The position numbers and the translations under genes are program-made. A stretch of 64,000 bases of DNA from a virus, in the IMG/VR virus record IMGVR_UViG_3300029309_000013, positions 1 through 64,000 of that record; one strand, 5' to 3'. The notes below the pieces were generated by a model that was not told the DNA's origin, made no database searches, and saw nothing but the letters and a program-made list of their open reading frames with translations. Every line of letters begins with the position of its first letter. Position 1 is the first letter of the stretch. Below, piece by piece: positions 52,701 to 61,582 of this stretch.

Positions 52701-55700
52701 TAAATTTCATAAAAGATGAAGACGTTAGTGATAGTTTCTTTATTTTAGAAAAGAGTATATATGCAATTGTGTCCGAGGAGATGTTAAAAACATTTTCTAC
52801 TATTCAAGAGTTTTCAAACTTATTTGGACACAGTGTCGACAGATATAGGATGAACTATAAATCCCTTGATCACGCAAGATCTATTTTCTTTGAAAGAGTT
52901 GAGCAAGACATAGATTTCGAAACGTTCATAAATTACTATAGATGGATAGATTCATCAATCTCTACAATGGTTGAACAATTATACCCAGCCTCTGTGAGAC
53001 ATAGTGAGGGAGTAATAGACGTTGTTGAGTCTCATATTTTAGAGAGAAATAAGTATCAAAATAAGTTTGGTTTACTGGAAAGACTCTCAAGTACTGAGGG
53101 TTCTGTTAGGGGTGTAAATGAGCTTAATTATAATTGGGCTGTTGGACATGCCCCAGATTATAAAAACTTCATAAATCAAAACGAATTTAGCTTAAGAATA
53201 GCACAAGCTAGCTCTGATATATCTCGTTTTAAAATAACATCAACAGAGCAGCACTTCGATAGGTTTGTTACATCAATGTGGGTTAAGTTGGAATCAAACC
53301 CTGCCGGTAATGCAGAAATCAAATATATGGTTCTTGCCGACAGTAACCCAAATAAAGAATTTGTTCTTGAAACTTCCGGTAGTCATTTCCGAGCGAGATC
53401 AAAAACAGCAGATCAGACAAAACTACACACCACGAATAATAGTTTCACACTGACCAACTGGAATCATGTTGCTTTCTATTTCGAAGGAACATCATGGTCA
53501 ACAGCAGCAGTTAATATATATGTTAATGGTGTTGCACAAACAACTACTGTAACAACCCCCGCTACTGGTACTGATAACGTACTAGCCACAGTCCAACAGA
53601 TGTTTATACGACAAAATCAGACATCTGCTGTTAAGCTCGATGAGCTAAATATCATAACAGGCTCACTAACTACAGACCAATTCTCTGAGCTTTACAATGG
53701 CGGAAAATACTTTAATGTAGCCGAGGATTTTTCTAATAGGTTGGATTTAATAGCTAGCTATAGACTTGGTGACGCCCCAGGTGACGACACCGCTACAGTG
53801 CTAAAAGACGTTAGAAACAATAATGATTTTGTACCAAGCACAGTTGGGTCTCTTGCGGCTGCATCTTTTGTTGGTGATGTTTTTGATGCTGGTGCGATTG
53901 CTAGTGATAGTGAGACAGTAGAAAATACTCATTGCTTGTGGCAGAGAGAAAGAAAAGAGAGAACAGACATAACGGCTAGAGAGACAATCAGGCAAGTATT
54001 TGTAACAGACATCAGTTCCTCAATTCCTAATTTAGCACAGCCAGATAAGACAATTTATCAAGGTTCAACTTACGCCACCAGAAGATTAAGTAAACCATAT
54101 AGAGTTGGTATTGAACTTAAAAATACAATTCATGGCGGTATTAATTACGCTCCTAAAAAAGATAGAGATTTTATAGCAACTGTTGTAAACCCACAGGGCG
54201 GTGTATTCCCATCTGGAACTCCAAGAAATGTATTTGTAGTAGGTACGGGTCAAGGTGCTGGTATTAACGAGCAGCAAAAATGTGATGATCCAAAGCCGCC
54301 CAATAATAAAGAATATTATGATTTTATAGCACAAGCTGGTAAATATTCTGACGACTCTAATGGTCAGCCATTATCAGAGCTAGACGGCTTTGTCTACAAA
54401 CTAGAGGGTAAAAAATACTATCCACTAAACTTAAAGAGGGCGACCGTTGAAACAGGATATAACCAACAGATTAATCGTCTATTTAAGTCTGACGCTGTGA
54501 TCGTAAATTTACACTCGGACACAACTGATTTTACAAATGAAATACCAATGCAGGGGCCTTTTACAAACACCCACGTTGGAGGCCACCAATCTCGTCACGT
54601 CCCACTCAATAGGCACGACACAACATTAGTTACTGAAGGCGGCGGAGCTACTTTAAACAATTTGGATGATCAATACTCCAGACCAGAAAGATGGAGACTA
54701 AAGCTTGGAGAGCACCCCGTTGAAGACAATCGTGATGGTGCTATGGGCTTTGTTAGTCCGTCATACGGAGGTGATCTTGCTGGAGGTGGTTACATAGATA
54801 CATCTCGTGAATGGGCAATATACTATCGCGATGGTAGGATCAAAAGGGCAGTAAATGTTCAGAACATCCAAGATAGAGTTAGCGATAATGTTTTGGGTAA
54901 CTACAATAAGCTTTATCAGGTATTTTCAACCTTTGGTAATAAAAACAAAAGAACATTCGTAAAAGCCGGAGGATTATCGTTACCAGCCAATCTTTTAAGT
55001 TTGCCGCAAACAACACAGCCTCTTACCAGATTTGATAGACAAAGCACCTTTGCAACACCAGAGAATAACCTAACTAGTTCTGAAGCGATTATTACAACTA
55101 GATTTTCCGCACCAGGATCTAGAGACACTGGTACTCGTGGCTTTCTTGATATAGCTAGTGGAGAAAAATCAGTATATAATTCAATTAACTTTAGAAACCT
55201 TGCTGTGCGTGGATCCGGCTCTGAACCTGCTGAGGAAATGAGAGTTGTTGATCAGCTAAATGAGGGTAGAGGTCTGCAAACACTACTATCTTTGCATTCT
55301 GGAAGATTTGGCCATGACCCAACTTTTGGATCAGTTGTAAGTTCAACCTATGTTACCAAGCCATCATTCCATAAACAACACAGGAACGATTTATATAGAA
55401 GAACTACTGCTGATATTCAATCCGTTGGTTTATTGAGAGTCTCAAGCTCTAACGATATATATCTTGAGACCGATAACCTTGGTGGATTTGATACGCAAAC
55501 ATCTACCATCTCTATGTGGCTTAAGTTTGATGGAACACCAGATTCTGGAAACTTTACGATGTTTGAAACAAATAAAATACTTATTAGATTTGTAAGCGCG
55601 ACATCAATACAGCTCACCCTTTTTGACGATGTAAGTTCTTCAAAGTTTTCTTTACATACATTTACCATAAGTCACGATATAACCAAGTGGAATCATTATA

Positions 55701-56359
55701 ATTTTAATATCAATACATTCTCATCAGGTAATTTTGTTCTATATGTAAATGCAGACACCGCATACACTTCTTCAGTTTCATCACTAAACTCACCAAGCTT
55801 AATGCCCGAATTAAGAACTGTTAGGTTTTTAACCGGATCTGCTGTAACTGGTGGTGTTAATATAATGAATTTGTCCCTTTTCTCTCAAATGGTTAGTGAT
55901 CCAACAAACAGAACGACCCTATATAACCACACAAACGGAAGTGAAATTTCTAGCATCCCCGGACTTACTCATTTTTGGTCTTTAGGTGAAAATGAAGGTG
56001 TTACTGTTGGAGAGAATATAACCAATGGATTTAAATTTTCAGAAACCTTCACTGCAGCGACCAAACAAGTCACAGCCATAGTAACAGGTAGTGATTTACA
56101 GGGTACCGATGGCTTCTATACTGGGGAGGGAACTGGATTTGCAGATGACACATTACGTAACAACGCCCTAATTACTTCACCACTGCCTGCTTCTGATTTC
56201 CAATACAGTTGGGTTATGAGTACAATTAGTGGTTCAAACTGGAGAGATAATCAAAAAGTGTTTGGCTATGCCCCAAGAGATGGTCTATTAAGTTCATCAG
56301 CAGGGATTACAGAGGCGATCACATTCCCATCATCATCAGCATTATTCGGAGAGGATTAA
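49763..56359 (+). CDS. Large baseplate/receptor-binding protein with LamG/concanavalin-like domains
   Basis: TVEFW..WNHYAV..YVNG..DDFRFW; further SMW..WNH..YVN repeats; KSKGT.RS baseplate-like motif. Confidence 0.7.
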   Translation: MSIKDLFGRKVKSYDELSQDVESPEFIDKEVEERGTFIPPIDFSTASNFVSYGSAELYYKNSLERIYGEYPYDGSQKEKVEFQLSSSYLDRYLFDNKYPKSTGFGVFGQSGQATGTSTGYGTSYSSREYVYIPGGVRVGKDFSETARLSTAFEQNAVYDADNKRQKVFPVDLSVGTTVEFWLRKQTTPSTGTKEVILDLWNGVASGSSDYARMTIEIDLSSTSGAAFNATIAQGQQAVNAVGFKRQDISTPSVNPASLTSWNHYAVSFIQTSIDKIKTRFYVNGDLNLEQDLTLAFGGANINFSGLVNAFIGALQTNHTAETQSQGDGKLIADIDDFRFWKTRRTSRQIKINWNRQIGGGANTDDNTVDLGLYYKFNEGITTDATTDSTVLDYSGRIANGSWTGYQSSSRNTDSAFVLSGYGSEPGDPIIYATHPSVSALITEMQISGSEHDAEYGNRLYHTLPRWVIEQDQQNEKNLEKIYQIIATYFDQLHTQITALSTLKDKTYYQDNVKAPPFGRRLLEEKGFVTSDILVDSDILELFSNKALDSQTFTQNIDEIKNRIYINIYNNLEAILKSKGTERSIRNFIRCFGVDDEIIKLNVYTDEGMHYFSDKVRENSSRIRYIDFNEEQYSSATIFQTSSLNNPNTFISGSLVSKLEQYSAFTFEADLIVPFKIPEGQTGFYHTPFLSSSVFGFHEARPADPSDYTWETNEKANLQVYLVRNTKDSPDARFVIENQDGSILLESDYVKGIYDNQHWNLSLRIKPDTYPYANVATNTTPSASIEFYAVNHNFGELENEILLTASVSYASGSAYLSNPKRVYAGAHLQNFTGSVIENTDVEIGAVRAWLSYADNDVIKQHNLDPMNYGLSKSEQSDNIFTIDNKQIPSSELSILHWQFDTVTGSDGSGNFIVEDFSSGSTDTIYGWPDNIIRREHRAKGFGFGANKTSFARHENVFSMKKQLPELSYNFDAITIKGDEEINFIKDEDVSDSFFILEKSIYAIVSEEMLKTFSTIQEFSNLFGHSVDRYRMNYKSLDHARSIFFERVEQDIDFETFINYYRWIDSSISTMVEQLYPASVRHSEGVIDVVESHILERNKYQNKFGLLERLSSTEGSVRGVNELNYNWAVGHAPDYKNFINQNEFSLRIAQASSDISRFKITSTEQHFDRFVTSMWVKLESNPAGNAEIKYMVLADSNPNKEFVLETSGSHFRARSKTADQTKLHTTNNSFTLTNWNHVAFYFEGTSWSTAAVNIYVNGVAQTTTVTTPATGTDNVLATVQQMFIRQNQTSAVKLDELNIITGSLTTDQFSELYNGGKYFNVAEDFSNRLDLIASYRLGDAPGDDTATVLKDVRNNNDFVPSTVGSLAAASFVGDVFDAGAIASDSETVENTHCLWQRERKERTDITARETIRQVFVTDISSSIPNLAQPDKTIYQGSTYATRRLSKPYRVGIELKNTIHGGINYAPKKDRDFIATVVNPQGGVFPSGTPRNVFVVGTGQGAGINEQQKCDDPKPPNNKEYYDFIAQAGKYSDDSNGQPLSELDGFVYKLEGKKYYPLNLKRATVETGYNQQINRLFKSDAVIVNLHSDTTDFTNEIPMQGPFTNTHVGGHQSRHVPLNRHDTTLVTEGGGATLNNLDDQYSRPERWRLKLGEHPVEDNRDGAMGFVSPSYGGDLAGGGYIDTSREWAIYYRDGRIKRAVNVQNIQDRVSDNVLGNYNKLYQVFSTFGNKNKRTFVKAGGLSLPANLLSLPQTTQPLTRFDRQSTFATPENNLTSSEAIITTRFSAPGSRDTGTRGFLDIASGEKSVYNSINFRNLAVRGSGSEPAEEMRVVDQLNEGRGLQTLLSLHSGRFGHDPTFGSVVSSTYVTKPSFHKQHRNDLYRRTTADIQSVGLLRVSSSNDIYLETDNLGGFDTQTSTISMWLKFDGTPDSGNFTMFETNKILIRFVSATSIQLTLFDDVSSSKFSLHTFTISHDITKWNHYNFNINTFSSGNFVLYVNADTAYTSSVSSLNSPSLMPELRTVRFLTGSAVTGGVNIMNLSLFSQMVSDPTNRTTLYNHTNGSEISSIPGLTHFWSLGENEGVTVGENITNGFKFSETFTAATKQVTAIVTGSDLQGTDGFYTGEGTGFADDTLRNNALITSPLPASDFQYSWVMSTISGSNWRDNQKVFGYAPRDGLLSSSAGITEAITFPSSSALFGED

Positions 56360-59300
56360 ATGGCCAAATATTATCAAGACTTTGTTGGACTGAATACATT
56401 TGTGTATATTCCCAATGGATATTATTTACCTGGAACATCAATAAGTGCAGCCAATATATCTAACAGACCAGAAAGTAAGACTGCTGGTGGTCTATTTTAT
56501 ATGCAACAGAATACTATTGGTGGATATTCACTAGAGGGCGGAGAAGTTATTTTTCCATTAGTCGAGGACAGCAATGCAGGTGAGTTTATTAAGAATTTTT
56601 TATTCCCCTTTGATTTACCAAATACCGCATCTTTTTACAACGCGATGCATGTTTATCACAATGGACCTTATGGATACCCAGTCTGGAGACAAGTTAGGGC
56701 CTCTCATAACCCACTATCTAGAAAGCAAAGGAAAGAGAATATTTTCACCTTTGTTTCTGAACCAGGCGAGAAATTTCAAACACAAATAAACGGAAAGTTT
56801 TTTGATCGAACAAATAGATTTGGATCTATTAATGTCTTCAAAGAACCAGTTGTTCAAAGCACAGAATATCCATTAGAGTTATACGCCGGTATTGATACTT
56901 TCTCCCATGCTCTTAACGAACAGGTCAATAGGAACATTGTTCTGAGAACCACTTTTGGTAACGAAATCGTTTTCTTTGCTAACGATGAAATTAATCGTCA
57001 TTACGGCACTGAACTGATAACCGATGCGAACTATGAAGATCTCAAGGGGCTGTATTTAGATGGCGGTCTTGAAGATGCAGGTTCTCCACTTAATAGTTTT
57101 AAGTTGTTAAGATACAAGCAATCTGTGTGGCCAAAAGCAGAGCATTCTTTCATGCACTCAACAAGATCAAGAACTTTCTATGTTAACACATTCTGGAGAG
57201 ACTTGAGATTAGACAGAACAGAGACTGGGGTTAGTAACAAGCAAGGAGCAACGGTCCCATTCCAATCAATGTGGCCACTCGATGCTGCAGCGGATTTTGA
57301 AACTAGAAGTCAACCAAACGCAGCAACCGGTGCAAACCGAGGGTTTTTCTATTATATTGGTGGTCGATCTGGCTCTTTAGATCAAGGAGGGTTTAACACT
57401 GGGGACGATACAGAGACAAATTCCGGCACTCCTAACGCTTCTCTTGGCGGCAGTGGTATATTGCAAAACTCATACGCTCAAGTCTGTCGTGGGTCTTACC
57501 CTTCAAACACGGCTGCGTTTAATAGCTTTGGTGGTCAACCGTCAGAAGCTCTAACTGGATCATGTTACTATTCCAGAAGACATACGCTAAATTCTATAGA
57601 ATCTGTGGTTTCTCCTTCTGGTATGTATATTGAAGAAACGGGCAGCTTAAGCGAAGTAGCAAAAGCTAATCTATTTGAGGGTGTGGCCGCATGGGATGCT
57701 GGTAGGCAATCCGGCAAGAATCCATTTTATGACTCTTATGAAAGCTATGGATCAGACATTAAATTGAAAGGGCAGGGCTATTCAATCATCCCAGAATTCA
57801 GAATTAGTTCTCACGTTGAGACCTATGAGACCAAAGGTGTTACTGAGGAATTAAAGGAAATTTTTGAATTATCTGGTGCCCTAGAACAAAACACAACAAC
57901 TAGCGGATCTTCAACGTTTTACAAAGTTTTATCAAATAGTGATTTTATGCAACACTTTGAATTAATCAAGAAGGACCACAAAGATTTTGCAAACCCTATA
58001 GCAATATCATTGAAATGTAAAGCAATTAAGAAGTTTTTACCTTATGAGGGCTTTTACCCAGCAGAAAGAACCGTTAATTTAGCAGAGCAATTTAACAACT
58101 CTTATGGGTCTAATATTTTTACTTACATTAATGGAGTACAACAAGAATCAAGTGATAATTTTGCAAAACAAGCTATCATTGAGCCATTATTTGCACCCGG
58201 TATTTTGTTTAATACGATTAAATCTGGCGTTGCCTGTGATTATCCTTTAATTTTTGCTAATGGCGGAATGGGAGTCGAAGAAAGAAATTCAGACGGCGAC
58301 ACTTCTGGGGATAGAATAAATTTTCTGATCCAGTCATCTTCGTATAACTCGGCAGCGACAGATTTGTTTAGTACATTTATTAGAATACCCTTTGAGGCGA
58401 TTGTTGAACCAGAGAGGTTTTTATCCACCAGGGAGCTTCAATTGATGGGGTCACACCCTTTTGAGCTAGCGGGACAAGACTTAACAGCTCAATGGTCAGG
58501 GGATGGAGATTCATTATATACAAAAATGGCCAATAACTTTCTTGCAGAGACTATTGATTTCTTTATGAAGGACAAAAGAATTACAACATTAGCATCTTTA
58601 CCTTCTGAAAACCCAGCCTTTGGAAACGCAGAGTCTGGCTCTTTCTATGCTATGAGAATCAAAATGAAAAGATCAAGGAATAAGCCTAATGACTTTTTGC
58701 CTGGATTTGGATCAGACAAGGTTATCCCTCCTCAAGATTTATACCCAAGGTTTGGTGTTAAAGAAAATTTCACTATGTACTCTAGACCATCTGCTTTTGG
58801 GCCACCAATTGATGGCGGTGGAGATACGACTGGTAGTTACGGAAATTCAGCCCAGTTTACAATCAGTGGTTCTGATAGTCTATGGGGCTATAATTTTCCT
58901 TATACACCACCATACTATTACGGAGAAGGGTGGTGTGACTTAATCTTTGAAGCAACAGAAACTAGAAAATATACCATTGATGAGATCTTATCAGCAGTAA
59001 AGGAGTTCCCTTATTATACTAGGTTCTGGTGGAATGGTACCATGGACGCTCTCAGGGATGTAAATGGATATGCTGGAAGCGGTCAGTTAACCTCAGACAT
59101 AGGTATTCGTACTGGAGCATACGCAGGGTACATTAATTCACCTTGGCATACTCTAATAACATCTAGTATACATATTGGTTCAACTTTAACATGCTCTGAT
59201 GGCTCTAATTACACTCAAGGCAACTGGGGGGATGCAATCCCGTCATCATCGTTTGGTAGCTACCCGGATAGAGTTACTTATCCTGAAACTGCTGGTAGTA

Positions 59301-60622
59301 AATACCTTGCATCTCACCCATACTACCTAAACTATAATGCAATGCAGATTAATTCTAGTGTTAATTTATTTGGTAAGGGTGTTGCTCGTATAACCAGAAC
59401 CACAGATTCCGGAGAAGAACAGATCGTTAGTATCGATACAGAAGCAACAAGTGAAAGAAAATCAAGATGGATCATTCAGCCAAAATTTGAAACACCAATG
59501 TTAAACTTTAACAGTTATACAAATTTAACTACTGACGAGAACCTAACTTGTCCAACATACGCCTCAGAGTCAGTACCCAGAGGTATGTGGCATCAATACG
59601 GACTAGTTGAAGAAGACCCACAGAAAGGCGTTTTTCTAGAGATAGGTGATATCCCCCCTACTTGGTGGAAGGGCGCACTAGGTGTGAATCAAGGACTTCA
59701 GAATGCTAAGATAAAATCATTGGCTGATCTTTGTGGCTTCTCAAAAGATCCAGTAAAACTAGGCCAAGTTGGACAATCTAGGGAAATATCAGAGGCTGTT
59801 GTGGCCGTACCATTTGTCGAGAGAGAAGGCACGAGACAATTTTTCTCACTTTCCAGGAGAGATATTGAAAGAGCAAAGACGGTGTTGAATTTAGAAGTTG
59901 AGCCTGGTGTTTTTGTAGCTTTAGGAGATAAGGGAGTAAACGTTTCAGAAGGCATACTGGACATGGTTAGAAATATGCAAAAATACGTATTTCCTCCGTC
60001 AATGGATTTTGTGAAGACGACTGAAATGGATCCGTTTGCAATGTATGTATTTGAATTCAAGCATGAACTAGATAAACAGGATTTAGCCGACATGTGGCAG
60101 AACCTCCCCCCAAAAATTGGTAGATCTTTTGAGGAGGCTGAGGTAACAATAGCTCATCCATTGTTAGCAAAAGAATTGCTCGGCGGAGGATCCGTTCTTT
60201 CCGAAGGCATACTACAGAAAAATGCAAAAGGAAATGATGTACCAACAGATATTCAGTGGATGATTTTTAAGGTAAAAAGAAAGGCAAAAACAAATTATTT
60301 TGATAAAGTTGTTACAAAAAAGGGTGAAACCACAGATAGTTCTAGTATAATTTTGGAAAATGCAACAGGGGAACTTGGAGAACCAGAAGGTTTCACGTAC
60401 AACTGGCCATACGATTTCTTTTCGCTTGTAGAACTAGTTAAACTAGATGCAGAGGTGATGTTTTCTAATGTTGATCCAACTACTGAAGACAGTGATCCAA
60501 GGCTGATAAAAAAGACAAGAGAACAAGATAGAGCATTAAGAGCAGGTCTACCTAGAAGCACAAAAGCAAGAAATAGTTTTGCTGGGCTAGGCGACAAAAA
60601 GGATGACGGTTCCAGGAGATAG
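56360..60622 (+). CDS. Large structural protein (1420 aa)
   Basis: Tail module context; C-terminal YNWPYDFFSLVEL motif. Confidence 0.6.
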   Translation: MAKYYQDFVGLNTFVYIPNGYYLPGTSISAANISNRPESKTAGGLFYMQQNTIGGYSLEGGEVIFPLVEDSNAGEFIKNFLFPFDLPNTASFYNAMHVYHNGPYGYPVWRQVRASHNPLSRKQRKENIFTFVSEPGEKFQTQINGKFFDRTNRFGSINVFKEPVVQSTEYPLELYAGIDTFSHALNEQVNRNIVLRTTFGNEIVFFANDEINRHYGTELITDANYEDLKGLYLDGGLEDAGSPLNSFKLLRYKQSVWPKAEHSFMHSTRSRTFYVNTFWRDLRLDRTETGVSNKQGATVPFQSMWPLDAAADFETRSQPNAATGANRGFFYYIGGRSGSLDQGGFNTGDDTETNSGTPNASLGGSGILQNSYAQVCRGSYPSNTAAFNSFGGQPSEALTGSCYYSRRHTLNSIESVVSPSGMYIEETGSLSEVAKANLFEGVAAWDAGRQSGKNPFYDSYESYGSDIKLKGQGYSIIPEFRISSHVETYETKGVTEELKEIFELSGALEQNTTTSGSSTFYKVLSNSDFMQHFELIKKDHKDFANPIAISLKCKAIKKFLPYEGFYPAERTVNLAEQFNNSYGSNIFTYINGVQQESSDNFAKQAIIEPLFAPGILFNTIKSGVACDYPLIFANGGMGVEERNSDGDTSGDRINFLIQSSSYNSAATDLFSTFIRIPFEAIVEPERFLSTRELQLMGSHPFELAGQDLTAQWSGDGDSLYTKMANNFLAETIDFFMKDKRITTLASLPSENPAFGNAESGSFYAMRIKMKRSRNKPNDFLPGFGSDKVIPPQDLYPRFGVKENFTMYSRPSAFGPPIDGGGDTTGSYGNSAQFTISGSDSLWGYNFPYTPPYYYGEGWCDLIFEATETRKYTIDEILSAVKEFPYYTRFWWNGTMDALRDVNGYAGSGQLTSDIGIRTGAYAGYINSPWHTLITSSIHIGSTLTCSDGSNYTQGNWGDAIPSSSFGSYPDRVTYPETAGSKYLASHPYYLNYNAMQINSSVNLFGKGVARITRTTDSGEEQIVSIDTEATSERKSRWIIQPKFETPMLNFNSYTNLTTDENLTCPTYASESVPRGMWHQYGLVEEDPQKGVFLEIGDIPPTWWKGALGVNQGLQNAKIKSLADLCGFSKDPVKLGQVGQSREISEAVVAVPFVEREGTRQFFSLSRRDIERAKTVLNLEVEPGVFVALGDKGVNVSEGILDMVRNMQKYVFPPSMDFVKTTEMDPFAMYVFEFKHELDKQDLADMWQNLPPKIGRSFEEAEVTIAHPLLAKELLGGGSVLSEGILQKNAKGNDVPTDIQWMIFKVKRKAKTNYFDKVVTKKGETTDSSSIILENATGELGEPEGFTYNWPYDFFSLVELVKLDAEVMFSNVDPTTEDSDPRLIKKTREQDRALRAGLPRSTKARNSFAGLGDKKDDGSRR

Positions 60623-60628
60623 TAAAAA

Positions 60629-61582
60629 ATGACATTCTTTAATAAGAAAGAAGATGTAATCAAGATTGAGCTAACTCCCTACGGCAGACATCTTCTCTCG
60701 AAAGGAAAGTTAAAGCCTGCCTATTATGCCTTTTTTGATGATGATATATTGTACGACATAGCTGCCACTAACGGAACTGAAGAGCAAAACGAGATAGTTC
60801 CAAGAATCCTAGAGCAAACACCAAGAATTAGGCCACAAACTTGCTTAGAGTCACCAGAAATAAGCATATTTGAGAGCGACATGCTTTCTAGTGATTTAAA
60901 TAGTAGACCAAAAACTAGAGAAAAAGTCAACTTCTTAACAGACCCACTAGGCTCATCTGATAACACTAAAGATACAGCTCCAGGCTTTAGATCAGTGTTT
61001 ATCCAGGGAGAGATAGACTCTGTTCAGGCCGCCCTATCTAGTTCATATGGAGATAAGCAAATACCTCAAATTAATGCAACCATAGAATATAAGATGCAAA
61101 TTAGAAACGAGAAAAGTGATCCCCTCGTTAGGGGCAGAAGAGTGTCCCCGAGGACCCCAGCATCTCTAATATATTCAGACGGAACTTATGTTGATATTGA
61201 CGAAGAACAGATCATAACTTTTCTAAAAGAAGTTGATGGCTTTGAAGCCAAAGATGGATTTGAGGTTGAGGTATATTTATTTGACGATACTAACGAAGAG
61301 AACTTGATACCGCTAAAATTTACTCCAAAGTTTGACTCAATAATTAATGGTATTTTAGTCGAACCCGAAGAGCAGGAGGTTGATATAACTCCCCAATATG
61401 TCGAGCATTATGTTAACTTTACAACAGACTCAGCGATTCCAGACCGACAAATTTGCAAAGGAATATCTAAGCTTAAGGCAGAAAACATACATATTGATAT
61501 TCAAGTGGAATGCGAAGAGATAGAAACTACAGAGTTTGATATTTATGGAACTAGAGTTACTGATGTGGAGGTTTGTGAATAA
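60629..61582 (+). CDS. Putative baseplate wedge/structural protein
   Basis: LTPYGR.LLSKG...YYAFFDDDILYD motif. Confidence 0.6.
   Translation: MTFFNKKEDVIKIELTPYGRHLLSKGKLKPAYYAFFDDDILYDIAATNGTEEQNEIVPRILEQTPRIRPQTCLESPEISIFESDMLSSDLNSRPKTREKVNFLTDPLGSSDNTKDTAPGFRSVFIQGEIDSVQAALSSSYGDKQIPQINATIEYKMQIRNEKSDPLVRGRRVSPRTPASLIYSDGTYVDIDEEQIITFLKEVDGFEAKDGFEVEVYLFDDTNEENLIPLKFTPKFDSIINGILVEPEEQEVDITPQYVEHYVNFTTDSAIPDRQICKGISKLKAENIHIDIQVECEEIETTEFDIYGTRVTDVEVCE

Noticed and set aside
49763-60622. Diversity-generating retroelement targeting tail proteins
   Set aside because: No reverse transcriptase and no adenine-variable TR/VR pair noticed in the window
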